Numbered from the stretch's first letter, positions 28,848-41,695 are shown. The stretch is DNA of 41,695 bases from an uncultured Woeseiaceae bacterium (GCA_964452235.1 CAYVLL010000001.1:1-41695); one strand, 5' to 3'. Notes: generated by a model from the sequence alone, not told the origin. Numbers and translations: made by a program.

Positions 28848-29894
28848 TTACTCCGTCGAGTCGCTTGTGCCGGCGTCCCCGGCCGTCGGGTCCAGGCTTT
28901 GGCGCGCGACTTCAGCTGCGATCTCCTGTCCAAGCTGATAAACGGCAAGCGCATACATCGGACTGTGATTGTAGCGTGTGATAACGAAAAAATTGTGAAA
29001 GCCGACCCAATGCTCGGTTCCATCCTTGCCGTCGAAAGTCAAAAGTTGCCCTTTCTGATCGCCCGCAAGGTCGGTGGCAAACTGTACGCCCATGCCCCGG
29101 AGAGAAGCCACCGTCTCGTTTGCTGAAAGCGTGTTGGCTGGTACAGGTCCTTGCCACTCCGCGCCGAGGGACGCCGTTGCGGCTACCGGTTCGCCACTGG
29201 TCCATTTATGCGCAACAAAATAATTGGCAATACTGCCTATTACGTCCTGCCAGTCGTTCCAGATGTCACGCTTGCCGTCTGCGTTGGCATCGACCGCATA
29301 GGCCCGGAAACTGCTGGGCATGAATTGTGGTGCGCCCATGGCGCCGGCATAAGAGCCGGTTGCATCCGTCGGCGTCATCTGTTCCTCGCGCACGAGCAAG
29401 AGAAATTGCTCGAGTTCGCGCAGGAAAAACGCAGAGCGGGGCGGGTAGTCGAATGCGAGCGTAGTCAGGGCATCGAGAACCCGGTGCTTGCCGGTAATGC
29501 GGCCAAAGTAGGTTTCGACACCGATGATCGCCACGAGTATGTCGCAAGGCACACCGGTTTCCGTACTGATTCGTCGCAAATCGTTTTCGTGCTGCTGCCA
29601 GAAGACGGCGCCTGCTTCGATGCGCTCCCGGGTAAGGAAAATCTGTCGATACTCTGCCCAACTGAGCATTTTTTCCGCGGGCTTGCTGATTGCTTCGAGT
29701 ATGGCCGGCTTGATTTCCGCCGAGTCCAGGACGGAAATCAGGTAATCACGGTCATAGCTGTGTTTCGACACCATGGTGTCGACGAACTGGCGCACATCCG
29801 GCCGCTCGACATCGATAACGAATGCCGGCGACGAGTACATGAAGACGAGACACGCAAGTCCTGTCCTGACTGCGCGCAAATTCAGCTTGATCAA
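28848..29894 (-). CDS. mltB: Lytic murein transglycosylase B
   Basis: Motifs GVETYFG and SYAGAMGAPQFMPSSF. The TTG start overlaps the rodA stop (TTGA). 348 aa. Confidence 0.9.
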   Translation of the reverse strand: MIKLNLRAVRTGLACLVFMYSSPAFVIDVERPDVRQFVDTMVSKHSYDRDYLISVLDSAEIKPAILEAISKPAEKMLSWAEYRQIFLTRERIEAGAVFWQQHENDLRRISTETGVPCDILVAIIGVETYFGRITGKHRVLDALTTLAFDYPPRSAFFLRELEQFLLLVREEQMTPTDATGSYAGAMGAPQFMPSSFRAYAVDANADGKRDIWNDWQDVIGSIANYFVAHKWTSGEPVAATASLGAEWQGPVPANTLSANETVASLRGMGVQFATDLAGDQKGQLLTFDGKDGTEHWVGFHNFFVITRYNHSPMYALAVYQLGQEIAAEVARQSLDPTAGDAGTSDSTE

Positions 29895-31030
29895 TGAGGC
29901 ACCAGCTTCCTGTGAGTGTGAATCGACATGAGAATACCGAATCCCGCCAACAGGGTCACCATTGAAGTGCCGCCGAAACTGACCAGCGGTAGCGGAATGC
30001 CGACAACCGGTAACAGTCCGGTCACCATTGCCGTATTGACGAATACATAGACAAAAAAGGTCAGGCTCAATGATGCCGCGAGCAGGCGGGAAAACGTGTC
30101 CCGAGCCTGAATAGCGATAAAGAGTCCACGACCGACAATGAACAGGTAGAGCGCAATGACGCTCAACACGCCGAGCAAGCCGAACTCCTCACCCATCACT
30201 GCAAAGACAAAATCCGTATCGCGTTCCGGCAGGTATTCGAGGTGTGCCTGGCTGCCATTGGTCCAGCCCTTGCCGAACAGGCCGCCCGAGCCGATTGCGA
30301 TCTTGGACTGAATGATATTGTAGCCGGCACCCAATGGATCACTGTCGGGATTCAGCAAGGTGAGTATCCGTTGCTTCTGATAATCCTGCATGAAATGCCA
30401 CAAAACCCAGGCGCCGGGTACCGCCAGCACTCCCAGCAGTGTCAGCAGTCGAAATGACAGTCCGGCCAGGATGACTACCAGCAAGCCGGCCATCGCGATA
30501 AGAAGGGACGTGCCAAGGTCCGGCTGTCTTGCGATCAGCAGCGTGGGGACGAAGATAAGCAACGCGATGATGAGAAACTGTCCCAAATTGGGTGGCAGCG
30601 TCCGGTCGTGTAAATACCAGGCGGCTACCATCGGTACGGCCAGCTTCATGATTTCGGACGGCTGAAAGCGTATGCCCAGGTCGAGCCAGCGTTGTGCGCC
30701 CTGTCCCATCTCACCGCGCAGCAATACCATGAACAGGAGAGTCAGGCCCAAAAGGTAGCCCCAGGGCGCCCAGCGTCGTAACACATCGGGTGGAACCTGT
30801 GCGGCGACTAACAGTGCAACCAGGGCAATTCCGAGACGCACGCATTGGCGCAGCCATACGTCCATGTTTTCGCCGAGCGCGCTGTATAACACCACCAGTC
30901 CGAAGCCGCACAGTAGCAGCACGCTGCCCAGTAATGGGCCGTCAATGTGCACGCGGCGAAGAAATCTCGCCATGCTGCCAAGCGGTGCCGAGCGACGTTC
31001 GAACAGCTCCTGGGTTTCGCTAAACGCCAT
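29891..31030 (-). CDS. rodA: Peptidoglycan glycosyltransferase RodA (SEDS family)
   Basis: Motifs RVHIDGPLL, QPSEIMKLAVP and a multi-pass membrane profile. I chose ATG 31030; TTG 31039 from the ORF track is an alternative. Confidence 0.93.
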   Translation of the reverse strand: MAFSETQELFERRSAPLGSMARFLRRVHIDGPLLGSVLLLCGFGLVVLYSALGENMDVWLRQCVRLGIALVALLVAAQVPPDVLRRWAPWGYLLGLTLLFMVLLRGEMGQGAQRWLDLGIRFQPSEIMKLAVPMVAAWYLHDRTLPPNLGQFLIIALLIFVPTLLIARQPDLGTSLLIAMAGLLVVILAGLSFRLLTLLGVLAVPGAWVLWHFMQDYQKQRILTLLNPDSDPLGAGYNIIQSKIAIGSGGLFGKGWTNGSQAHLEYLPERDTDFVFAVMGEEFGLLGVLSVIALYLFIVGRGLFIAIQARDTFSRLLAASLSLTFFVYVFVNTAMVTGLLPVVGIPLPLVSFGGTSMVTLLAGFGILMSIHTHRKLVPH

Positions 31031-32915
31031 CTTCGCCAAACCCCAGGTGCTGGTCCATCAATGCACGCGCGATGGGCGCAGCGACGCCACTACCGCTTCG
31101 CCCGTTCTCAACGATGACGGCGACTGCGATGCGCGGATTCTTGAGAGGCGCGAAGGCAATGAACAAGGCATGATCGCGCAGCCGCTCCTCGATCTCGTCT
31201 TCGTTGTATTCTTCGTCCTGGCCCACCGAAAAAACCTGTGCGGTACCACTCTTGCCGCCCATCTGGTACGGAGCGCCGCGCCCGACTGCTCGCGCCGTAC
31301 CGGTCTCGCCGTGCATGACCGCATGCATCGCCTCAATCACACTATCCCAGTAAAACTCATTGTCGATCTGCACACTTGGCAGCCGTTCGGGCGCAATCTC
31401 CCGGCGCTCCCCGGTGAGCGGATCCTCGACAGCTACGATCAGGTGCGGACGGAATCGCTGCCCGCGCATGGCGAGGGTTGCTGCTGCCTGCGCAAGCTGC
31501 AGCGGCGTTGTCAGCATATAGCCCTGGCCGATCGAAGCGATGACCGTTTCGCCGGGAAACCAGACCTGGTTGGCCCGATCGCTGAATGCCTGGCGCTTCC
31601 ATTCCCGCGACGGCAGCAATCCGGCCTTTTCGCCAACAATGTCGATGCCGGTCGCCTGGCCGAGCCCGAACTGATCCAGGTAGAAATGCATGTTCTCTAT
31701 GCCGATCTCGCGGCTTATTTCGTAGAAGTACACATCGCAGGACTGGCTGATGGCGTCATGCAGATCGACCTCGCCGTGACCTCGCGGTCGCCAGTCGCGG
31801 TAGCGATGAGTGCTGCCGGGCAAAGTGTAGTAACCGCGGCAAAACGTGCGCCGCGTCAGGTTAGTCGCGCCGGTTTCCAGGGCGGCGAGGGCAAGCATGG
31901 GTTTTATCGTAGAGCCGGGCGGATAATTGCCGCGCACGGCGCGGTTGAAGAGCGGCTGGTCGAGATCGAATTGCAGCGAGTTGAATTCGCTCGTACTCAT
32001 GCCCAGCGCGAAGGTGTTCGGATTAAACGAAGGCGCACTGATGAGCGCCAGCACTTGACCATTGTTCGGATCGAGCGCGACGGCTGCGCCGCGTTGGCCT
32101 TCGAAGGCCTTGGTCGCAACCCGCTGCAGTTCCAGGTCGAGACTCAGGATGAGGTTGCTGCCGGGCTTCGGTGCCTCGTTGTCCAGAAGTGCCTGTGATG
32201 AGTCTCCTGGATCCACCGGCACCTGCCGGCCACGCGCGTTGGTGACGATCTGCCGGTATCCGGTACTGCCGTGCAAATTCGATTCGCCGGAATGTTCGAT
32301 GCCGGTCTTGCCGGTTTGCGCCGTGCCGACATAGGCAGTGGCGTCGAGTCGTTCCAGGTCCTGCGTGCTGATTGCGCCGACGTAGCCGATCGCATGCGCG
32401 GTCAATTGTCCGTGTGGATAATGCCGGACGAGCCGCGGCTGAAAGTCGACGCCCGGAAATCGCGGACGCTGGATCGCAAAATTGGATATGTCCTCATCGT
32501 TCATGCGAAAGCGCAGCGTCACCGGTTTGAAGCGCGGCCCGCGCCTGCTGAGGTCCTCGAAATTCGCGATGTCTTCACTCTTGATCAGGCCGATACCGGC
32601 AAGACGGCGCAGGGTCTCGCCTACGTCAGGCACTTGCTCGGGGATCAGTTCGAGCTGATACGCCGGCAGGTTCTCGGCCAGGATTCTGCCCTCCCGGTCG
32701 TAGATCAAGCCGCGGTTCGGGGGAAGTGCCTCGATGCGCACGCGGTTGCCCTGTGAGCGTTCCGCAAAATGTTCATAGTCAAAAATCTGCAATTGCACGA
32801 GGCGCGCAACAACAAGCCCCATGAGCAGGACACCGAATACCGACGCCATGACAACACGGGCAACGAAAAGTTGTTTCTCACGGTGATGATCCTTGATGGG
32901 TGCCAGTAATCGCAT
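31020..32915 (-). CDS. mrdA: Penicillin-binding protein 2 (elongasome transpeptidase)
   Basis: ATG 32915 gives MRLLAPIKDHHREKQLF, similar to other PBP2 N-termini. Motifs are STIKP, SCD and KSGT. The ORF-track TTG 32954 would overlap mreD. Confidence 0.93.
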   Translation of the reverse strand: MRLLAPIKDHHREKQLFVARVVMASVFGVLLMGLVVARLVQLQIFDYEHFAERSQGNRVRIEALPPNRGLIYDREGRILAENLPAYQLELIPEQVPDVGETLRRLAGIGLIKSEDIANFEDLSRRGPRFKPVTLRFRMNDEDISNFAIQRPRFPGVDFQPRLVRHYPHGQLTAHAIGYVGAISTQDLERLDATAYVGTAQTGKTGIEHSGESNLHGSTGYRQIVTNARGRQVPVDPGDSSQALLDNEAPKPGSNLILSLDLELQRVATKAFEGQRGAAVALDPNNGQVLALISAPSFNPNTFALGMSTSEFNSLQFDLDQPLFNRAVRGNYPPGSTIKPMLALAALETGATNLTRRTFCRGYYTLPGSTHRYRDWRPRGHGEVDLHDAISQSCDVYFYEISREIGIENMHFYLDQFGLGQATGIDIVGEKAGLLPSREWKRQAFSDRANQVWFPGETVIASIGQGYMLTTPLQLAQAAATLAMRGQRFRPHLIVAVEDPLTGERREIAPERLPSVQIDNEFYWDSVIEAMHAVMHGETGTARAVGRGAPYQMGGKSGTAQVFSVGQDEEYNEDEIEERLRDHALFIAFAPLKNPRIAVAVIVENGRSGSGVAAPIARALMDQHLGFGEDGV

Positions 32916-32919
32916 TTGC

Positions 32920-33417
32920 TCAACCGCGCGCGAGGCGATATCGAATACTGCCAAAGAATACGGCGACGACGGGCCACAGCAAGGTGCCGGTGACTATCGG
33001 GCCCCAATAGGTCACCGCGGGTGCGTACGTTCCGGCAACACCGTTGATCCAGAAGAGAATGAACTGGTACAGGCCGAGCAATCCCAGCACCGTGGCGGTC
33101 GTCTGCGACAGAGGAAAAACACGCAGTTGCAAATGAAACTTTACCGTCACGTAGGTAATGAGCGAAAGCGCCAAAGCGTGCTGGCCCAGCAGGGTGCCTT
33201 GCGCGACGTCCAGCACGAGTCCGATCAGCCACGCGCTGCCGACACTATAGCTCCTCGGCAGTGCCATGGACCAATATATAAGAGTAAGGGCAGCCCAGTC
33301 CGGGCGGTAGCGGATGGCCCAGTCCGGCATGGGCACGATCGAAAGAATCAATGCCCCGACGATGCACAGAAGAACCGGCAGGCGCGCTCCTCGTTCGTCA
33401 CTCATCGTCGGCGACAT
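32920..33417 (-). CDS. mreD: Rod shape-determining protein MreD
   Basis: Small polytopic membrane protein between mreC and mrdA. Motifs RPDWAALTLIYW and GTLLGQHAL. An alternative ATG lies at 33405. Confidence 0.88.
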   Translation of the reverse strand: MSPTMSDERGARLPVLLCIVGALILSIVPMPDWAIRYRPDWAALTLIYWSMALPRSYSVGSAWLIGLVLDVAQGTLLGQHALALSLITYVTVKFHLQLRVFPLSQTTATVLGLLGLYQFILFWINGVAGTYAPAVTYWGPIVTGTLLWPVVAVFFGSIRYRLARG

Positions 33418-34270
33418 CCGTCTGACGTACGTCGCCGGGCCAGATCAGCATGATCTCGCGGACCTGGTTGAGCGCAGCTGCCGGCCGAGCGGATATATCG
33501 GCAAAAGGCCCCTGCGGGATACGGGTCACGTTTTCCACGATCGCAACCGGATAACCGGGCGGGAATGATCCACCGAGTCCCGAGGTGACCAGCAGGTCGC
33601 CTTCGCGGATATCGGCATTATTGGGCAGAAACGGCAGGTCGAGTCGATCGAACTCACCGGTTCCGACAGCAATCGTTCGCAAGCCGTTGCGATTGACCTC
33701 GACAGGGAGCGCATGATCCGGATCGGAAATCAGTACGCCCTGCGCGGACAACAAGCCGGCTTCGATGATCTGGCCGATGACGCCATTCGAATCGATAATT
33801 GCCTGTCCGTCGAAGACATTATCCTGAGTGCCTTTGTCGATGATGAGCGTGTGGCGAAAGGGGTTGGAACTGACCGACAGGATCTCCGCAACCTGCACCT
33901 GGTCGCGTACCCGGCTGGTCGCATCCAGCATATCTCGCAACCGGGCGTTTTCCGATTCGAGAGCAGCGAATCGTTGCAGCCGGGCATGAGTCAGCAAACG
34001 TTCGGCGTTCAGTCGGCTGTTTTCGAGCAGCAATTGATTACGATCGGTAGTTGATTCCCTTATCCAGCGCACCGCAGATACCGGCGCGTCGACAATCACG
34101 CGCAGTGGATAGACTGCCGCGCCGAGTGCCTTGCGAACGGTATCGAGATGGTTCTCGCGATGATCGACTACCAGGAGCAGGATGCTGACGCCTGCGAGAA
34201 GCAGAAAGCGGAGGCCAAGCGCCGGGGTCCGTGTCGAACGATGCTGGTTGTTGGATCGGGCAGCCGCCAT
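33398..34270 (-). CDS. mreC: Rod shape-determining protein MreC
   Basis: N-terminal TM segment, a coiled-coil (LLLENSRLNAERL...ENARLRDML) and beta-barrel domains (VIGQIIE, LLVTSGLGGSFPPGYPVA). Confidence 0.93.
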   Translation of the reverse strand: MAAARSNNQHRSTRTPALGLRFLLLAGVSILLLVVDHRENHLDTVRKALGAAVYPLRVIVDAPVSAVRWIRESTTDRNQLLLENSRLNAERLLTHARLQRFAALESENARLRDMLDATSRVRDQVQVAEILSVSSNPFRHTLIIDKGTQDNVFDGQAIIDSNGVIGQIIEAGLLSAQGVLISDPDHALPVEVNRNGLRTIAVGTGEFDRLDLPFLPNNADIREGDLLVTSGLGGSFPPGYPVAIVENVTRIPQGPFADISARPAAALNQVREIMLIWPGDVRQTDVADDE

Positions 34271-34385
34271 CAGAGTCGCAATAGAGCGGGCAGGATCAGT
34301 TGCGAAACCCGTCGTAGTCCAGTACTTGCGCGTTCGCCGGAATTGAATGGAGAGTGCAACGGATTCCGGTCACCGGGCTAGCCTG

Positions 34386-35494
<1,109 letters not shown>

Positions 35495-35635
35495 GGCACG
35501 GTGTATCATTCCCGCGCTTTGGTTGGCCTTGCCTCGGGGTCGCCGTCTGACCGGGACCGCTCTCAAGTATTCCGCAACCGGAATCGACAGAAGGGCACCC
35601 GGAAACCTTAGTCCTGAACGTTGAGATTGGTTCCA

Positions 35636-35923
35636 GTGTCTCTGACCAAAGACCAGGTACAACACATTGCTTTTCTCGCCCGGCTCCAGCTCGGCGAGGG
35701 TGAGTTCGAGGATGTCGTCGACAAGCTGTCGAGGATCGTCGATTTCGTCGACCAGTTGCAGGCAGCACCGACCGAGAATGTCCTGCCAATGGCGCATCCA
35801 TTGGCGTTGAGTCAACGATTGCGCGCAGATGCGGTTACCGAAAGCATTGACCGGGACGCCATACAGGTGAATGCGCCGGCCACCCGGGACGGCTATTACC
35901 TGGTGCCGAAAGTACTCGAATAA
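35636..35923 (+). CDS. gatC: Asp/Glu-tRNA amidotransferase subunit C
   Basis: GTG 35636 gives [17 protein letters not shown], a canonical GatC N-terminus. The ORF-track TTG 35621 is 5 codons longer. Confidence 0.9.
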   Translation: MSLTKDQVQHIAFLARLQLGEGEFEDVVDKLSRIVDFVDQLQAAPTENVLPMAHPLALSQRLRADAVTESIDRDAIQVNAPATRDGYYLVPKVLE

Positions 35924-35925
35924 TC

Positions 35926-37401
35926 ATGCGTACGGAGGAAGAAGCCTGGCACAGCCGAAGCTTGTCTGGCCTCGCCCGGGGTCTGGCCGGCGGCGAGTTT
36001 TCAGCACGGGAGCTGACAGAATCGCTGCTGGCACGCATCGCCTTGCACGGCGAATCGCTTAATGCGTTCATAACGGTAACCGCCGACGAAGCCCTGCAAG
36101 CGGCGGAACGCGCGGATCGGGCGCGCAACAACGGTGAAGCAGGTCCGTTGAACGGACTTCCCCTCGTGCACAAGGACCTGTTCTGTACCGCCGGTGTGCT
36201 GACGACCTGCGGCTCGAAAATACTCGGCAACTTTGTATCACCGTACGATGCGACCGTGGTCGAACGCCTGCGCAAAGCCGGAGCGATCATGCTCGGCAAG
36301 ACCAACATGGACGAATTCGCCATGGGGTCGTCCAACGAAACGAGCTACTTCGGGCCGGTGCGAAACCCCTGGGATCTTGCACTGTCGCCGGGAGGCTCGT
36401 CCGGTGGTTCCGCTGCCGCCGTTGCGGCGCGACTTGTGCCCGTCGCCACCGGCACGGACACCGGCGGTTCGATTCGACAGCCGGCCGCCATGACCGGTAC
36501 GGTGGGCCTGAAACCGACCTACGGCAGGGTTTCCCGCTACGGCATGGTGGCGTTTGCATCCAGCCTCGACCAGGCTGGTGTGATTACGCGAACCGCTGAA
36601 GATGCTGCGCGATTGCTGGGCGTAATTGCCGGCTTCGACGAGCGTGATTCGACCTGTGTCGACCACCCGGTGCCGGATTACGTTGCCGCTTTAGCGAAGC
36701 CGCTCGACGGGTTGCGGGTCGGTATCGTACGCCAGCACTTTGACGCAGGACTGGACCCGCGCTGCGCGGCCCGCGTTCGAGAGTCGCTGGATGTGATTCG
36801 TGATCAGGGCGCGAGCCTGGTGGAAGTCGACCTGCCCAACCTCGACCTGTCGGTACCGACCTACTATGTGGTTGCTCCGGCGGAATGTTCGTCGAACCTG
36901 TCGCGATTCGATGGTGTGCGTTTCGGCTTTCGTGCCCGGGATCCAGAAAGCCTGTCCGACCTCTACTGTCGTAGCCGTGGCGAAGGCTTCGGTGCGGAGG
37001 TCAAACGCCGCATCATGACCGGAACGTATGTTCTGTCAGCCGGCTATTACGATGCGTACTACCTGAAGGCGCAAAAGGTGCGTCAGCTGATCAGCCAGGA
37101 TTTCCACAATGCATTCGCCAAAGTCGACGTCATCGCCGGGCCGACAGCGCCCGCTCCGGCGTTCGGCATCGGTGAAAAAACCGACGATCCGATCCTTATG
37201 TACCTTAACGACATCTACACCATCGGTGCCAATCTTGCCGGCCTGCCCGGGATCTCTATCCCGTGCGGCTTCGCCGATAAGCTGCCGGTTGGCTTGCAGC
37301 TGGTCGGACCGCCGTTTGCCGAAGACCGCATCCTCAATATCGCGCATCAGTACCAGGCGCTGACCGACTGGCACACGGCGTGCCCGGAGCGATTTAAATG
37401 A
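35926..37401 (+). CDS. gatA: Asp/Glu-tRNA amidotransferase subunit A
   Basis: Amidase signature [13 protein letters not shown] and [12 protein letters not shown]. 491 aa, starting 2 nt after gatC. Confidence 0.96.
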   Translation: MRTEEEAWHSRSLSGLARGLAGGEFSARELTESLLARIALHGESLNAFITVTADEALQAAERADRARNNGEAGPLNGLPLVHKDLFCTAGVLTTCGSKILGNFVSPYDATVVERLRKAGAIMLGKTNMDEFAMGSSNETSYFGPVRNPWDLALSPGGSSGGSAAAVAARLVPVATGTDTGGSIRQPAAMTGTVGLKPTYGRVSRYGMVAFASSLDQAGVITRTAEDAARLLGVIAGFDERDSTCVDHPVPDYVAALAKPLDGLRVGIVRQHFDAGLDPRCAARVRESLDVIRDQGASLVEVDLPNLDLSVPTYYVVAPAECSSNLSRFDGVRFGFRARDPESLSDLYCRSRGEGFGAEVKRRIMTGTYVLSAGYYDAYYLKAQKVRQLISQDFHNAFAKVDVIAGPTAPAPAFGIGEKTDDPILMYLNDIYTIGANLAGLPGISIPCGFADKLPVGLQLVGPPFAEDRILNIAHQYQALTDWHTACPERFK

Positions 37402-38840
37402 GCTCGCAGTGGGAGGTCGTGATCGGACTCGAACTCCATACCCAACTCGCGACTGTCAGCAAGATTTTTTCCGGCGCACCAACGGCATACGGTGCGGCGC
37501 CCAACACCCAGGCGTCGCTGATTGACCTGGGCTATCCCGGGGTTCTGCCGGTCCTGAACGGTGAGGCTGTGCGCATGGCCTGCAAGTTCGGGCTCGCCGT
37601 CAACGCGCGAATTGCCCCGCGCTCGGTGCTGGCGCGCAAAAACTATTTCTATCCCGATCTTCCCAAGGGTTACCAGATCAGCCAGTACGAGTTGCCGATC
37701 GTTGCACATGGCGAGATGCATATCCGTGACGAGGCAGGGCAATCCAAACGCATTGGCATCACGCGCGCGCATCTCGAAGAAGATGCCGGCAAGTCCGTGC
37801 ATACCGGGCTTGATGCGTTTACCGGCGTCGACCTGAACCGTGCCGGCACACCGCTCCTTGAAATCGTCTCGGAACCGGATCTGCGCTCTGCGAAAGAAGC
37901 AATTGCCTATATGCGCAAGATCCATACCCTGGTGCGCTACCTCGGTATCTCGGACGGCAACATGCAGGAAGGTTCGTTTCGTTGCGATGCGAACGTCTCG
38001 ATCCGCCCGCGCGGTCAGCGGGAACTTGGTACGCGTACCGAGCTCAAAAACCTGAATTCGTTTCGTTTCGTGGAGAAGGCAATCAATTTCGAGATTCAGC
38101 GCCAGATCGAGCTGCTGGACGATGGCGGCAGCATTGTCCAGGAAACGCGTCTGTACGACTCGGACAAGGATGAAACGCGACCGATGCGCAGCAAGGAAGA
38201 GGCAAACGACTATCGCTATTTTCCCGATCCCGATCTCCTGCCCATAGTCATTGACGAGGCTTTTTTGCAGACGATTCGCCAGTCGCTTCCGGAGTTGCCG
38301 GACGCAAAGCGCGAACGATTCGTCGAGGAGTACGCACTTCGGGAAGCCGATGCCGAATTGCTGACGGCAAGTCGGCCACTTGCTGACTACTTTGAAGCCA
38401 CGGCAGCCGCCTTCGACGGCGAAGCGCAACAGGCGGCAAACTGGGTCATTGGCGAATTGTCCGCCGCGCTGAACCGCGACGGAATCGATGTGCTGGAATG
38501 CCGAATTTCACCGCAGGCTCTCGGCGGCCTGCTGGCCCGCATCCACGACAACACGATTTCAGGCAAGATCGCGAAAGATGTATTCGATGCGATGTGGACC
38601 GGCGAGGGTAATGCAGATCAGGTCATCGAGGCGAGAGGCCTGCGGCAGATTTCGGATACCGGCGCACTCGAGCAGATCGTGGACGCTGTCATCGAGGCCC
38701 ATCCGCAGCAGGTAGCGGATTATCGCGGCGGCAAGGACAAGCTGATGGGATTTTTTGTCGGGCAGGTAATGAAGGGTACCGGCGGCAAGGCCAATCCCGC
38801 AGAGGTGAATCGTATATTGCGGCAGAGATTGGGTTCCTGA
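37398..38840 (+). CDS. gatB: Asp/Glu-tRNA amidotransferase subunit B
   Basis: Motifs [13 protein letters not shown] and [10 protein letters not shown], with a C-terminal GatB/YqeY domain. ATGA overlap with gatA. Confidence 0.96.
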   Translation: MSSQWEVVIGLELHTQLATVSKIFSGAPTAYGAAPNTQASLIDLGYPGVLPVLNGEAVRMACKFGLAVNARIAPRSVLARKNYFYPDLPKGYQISQYELPIVAHGEMHIRDEAGQSKRIGITRAHLEEDAGKSVHTGLDAFTGVDLNRAGTPLLEIVSEPDLRSAKEAIAYMRKIHTLVRYLGISDGNMQEGSFRCDANVSIRPRGQRELGTRTELKNLNSFRFVEKAINFEIQRQIELLDDGGSIVQETRLYDSDKDETRPMRSKEEANDYRYFPDPDLLPIVIDEAFLQTIRQSLPELPDAKRERFVEEYALREADAELLTASRPLADYFEATAAAFDGEAQQAANWVIGELSAALNRDGIDVLECRISPQALGGLLARIHDNTISGKIAKDVFDAMWTGEGNADQVIEARGLRQISDTGALEQIVDAVIEAHPQQVADYRGGKDKLMGFFVGQVMKGTGGKANPAEVNRILRQRLGS

Positions 38841-38845
38841 GGGTT

Positions 38846-39715
38846 GTGCAACACGATATCGTTATGCCGTTCGTGTTCGAGTCTTTGCAAGTGCGCGGCG
38901 CCATCATTCAGTTGCAAGGTACATGGCAGCGCATGCAGCTCGGCCACCACTACGACTTGCCGGTGCTGCATACCTTGGGGCATTCCGCGGCAGCCAGTGC
39001 ACTAATCGCACAAAGCCTCAAGTTCGATGGTTCGATTACCTTGCAAATCAGCGGTGACGGCCCCCTTGCGATGCTGGTAATGCAATGTACGAGCACGCTG
39101 GAGTTGCGTGGCATGGCAAACGCGGCACCGCTGGCCGAACCCGTCGACTTCCCGAATCTGGTCAAAAAGGCGCGTTGCGCGATCACGGTCGATGCGGGCG
39201 TGATGGAGCGCCCGTATCAGGGTATCGTCGAGGTGCGCGGCAATTCTTTGGCCGACAGTATTGAAAACTATTATGCGCGCTCCGCGCAGATCCCGAGCCG
39301 CCTCGCGCTCGTCAGCGATACCTTCTGCTGCGGCGGCATCCTGCTGCAGCAAATGCCCGGCGCGAAACATCCGTCCACCGATGACTGGCAGCGCCTGGGA
39401 TTGCTGGCGTCGACCTTGCGGCTCGCGGATATCAGTAAGGGGATCGGACCGGCGTTGCTGACTCGCCTTTTCGCCGAAGACGATCTGCGCGTGTTTCATT
39501 CACGCAGCGCAGTGTTCCGCTGTCGTTGTACCAGGCGCCGTGCTGAAAGCGTGCTGCGCCTTTTGGGTGAGGCGGAAATTCGCTCGGTGCTGGCTGAACA
39601 GGGCAAAGTCGAAATTACTTGTGAGTATTGCGGGCAACGCCGGCTTTTCGATGCCGTCGATGTAGACGCGCTGTTCGCCGCTGCCGTGCCGACGCCTTCG
39701 GATACTTTGCACTAA
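38846..39715 (+). CDS. hslO: Redox-regulated chaperone Hsp33
   Basis: GTG start (M-QHDIVMPFVFESLQVRGAIIQL). The C-terminal zinc/redox switch reads CRCTRRR...CEYCGQRRLF (CxC...CxxC). It starts 5 nt after the gatB stop. Confidence 0.92.
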   Translation: MQHDIVMPFVFESLQVRGAIIQLQGTWQRMQLGHHYDLPVLHTLGHSAAASALIAQSLKFDGSITLQISGDGPLAMLVMQCTSTLELRGMANAAPLAEPVDFPNLVKKARCAITVDAGVMERPYQGIVEVRGNSLADSIENYYARSAQIPSRLALVSDTFCCGGILLQQMPGAKHPSTDDWQRLGLLASTLRLADISKGIGPALLTRLFAEDDLRVFHSRSAVFRCRCTRRRAESVLRLLGEAEIRSVLAEQGKVEITCEYCGQRRLFDAVDVDALFAAAVPTPSDTLH

Positions 39716-39742
39716 GCTACCTGAACCCAAAGGCACTTGGAC

Positions 39743-39834
39743 AAGGCCTTACTTGGCGCTTGCGGGAGGGCCTGGTGTTCGGGAGGTTCGTTGGCGCAAT
39801 GGCTCCCGGCGGTCGTGACCGATTAAAGCCACCC
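39743..39834. repeat. Intergenic structured repeat element, short copy (copy B)
   Basis: It shares the three blocks listed for 12179-12403. It lies 28 nt after the hslO stop, in the same orientation relative to hslO as copy A has relative to kmo. Confidence 0.8.
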
Positions 39835-39914
39835 GTAGAACAAACACTCAAGCCGCATAAACCGGTTCGACCCCTTTTCTGGCAGATGGCGGGGTGGTAA
39901 GCTCTTGGGCAATT

Positions 39915-39934
39915 ATATAAAGATATGTTTATAT
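39915..39934. promoter_or_regulatory. 20-bp AT-rich palindrome, candidate SahR/ArsR-type operator
   Basis: ATATAAAGAT|ATGTTTATAT has 9/10 complementary half-sites. It sits in the only strongly AT-rich patch of the window and ends 4 nt before the regulator ATG. Confidence 0.5.
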
Positions 39935-39938
39935 ATTT

Positions 39939-41695
<1,757 letters not shown>

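Noticed and set aside
30864-32198. 444-aa plus-strand ORF opposite rodA/mrdA.
   Set aside because: It is antisense to two strongly recognisable genes (SEDS and PBP2 motifs). Its composition is Arg/Ala-rich and it has no start context. It is a GC-driven artefact.
37347-38429. 360-aa minus-strand ORF opposite gatB.
   Set aside because: It is antisense to a textbook gatB and has no motifs. It is the same GC-rich shadow-ORF phenomenon.
39864-39874. GGTTCGACCCC resembles a tRNA T-arm, suggesting a tRNA or tRNA remnant.
   Set aside because: The flanking bases do not form a T-stem, acceptor stem or anticodon arm on either strand.

Overview
This is a GC-rich chromosomal segment with gammaproteobacterial gene order, similar to Xanthomonadales and Pseudomonas. 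It is almost fully coding, with about 38 CDS. I found no rRNA, tRNA, CRISPR array, transposase, integrase or phage gene. In order, the window holds: a split glycine-cleavage operon (gcvH partial, gcvPA, an embedded Tpx-like gene, gcvPB); a 960-aa Nma111-like double HtrA protease overlapping a DUF4124/M23 peptidase gene; a convergent DUF255 thioredoxin-domain gene; lgt-thyA-folA; a five-gene kynurenine-pathway block (RidA-family, 3-hydroxyanthranilate dioxygenase, ACMSD, kynureninase, KMO) between folA and apaH; the classical lptD-surA-pdxA-rsmA-apaG-apaH string; divergent amgK-murU; a single-strand cell-shape and cell-wall run (mreBCD-mrdA-rodA-mltB-rlpA-dacA-ybeD-lipB); divergent gatCAB followed by hslO; a SahR-like ArsR/methyltransferase regulator; and metF (partial). 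Most of this is ordinary housekeeping DNA, and I see no defence island or obvious mobile element. Six items deserve a second look. (1) A Tpx-fold protein has lost two of three catalytic residues and the resolving Cys but gained a CxC motif, and it is translationally coupled between the two P-protein subunit genes. (2) A eukaryote-type Nma111-like protease is paired with an M23 peptidase. (3) A structured intergenic repeat occurs twice, in the same orientation relative to the upstream gene. (4) The kynurenine block looks inserted at the conserved folA/apaH junction and lacks some pathway steps. (5) A 20-bp AT-rich palindrome lies at the SahR-like gene start. (6) hslO is coupled to gatCAB. All homology calls come from motif recognition by eye. 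No database search was possible, and start codons are provisional, especially the non-ATG ones.
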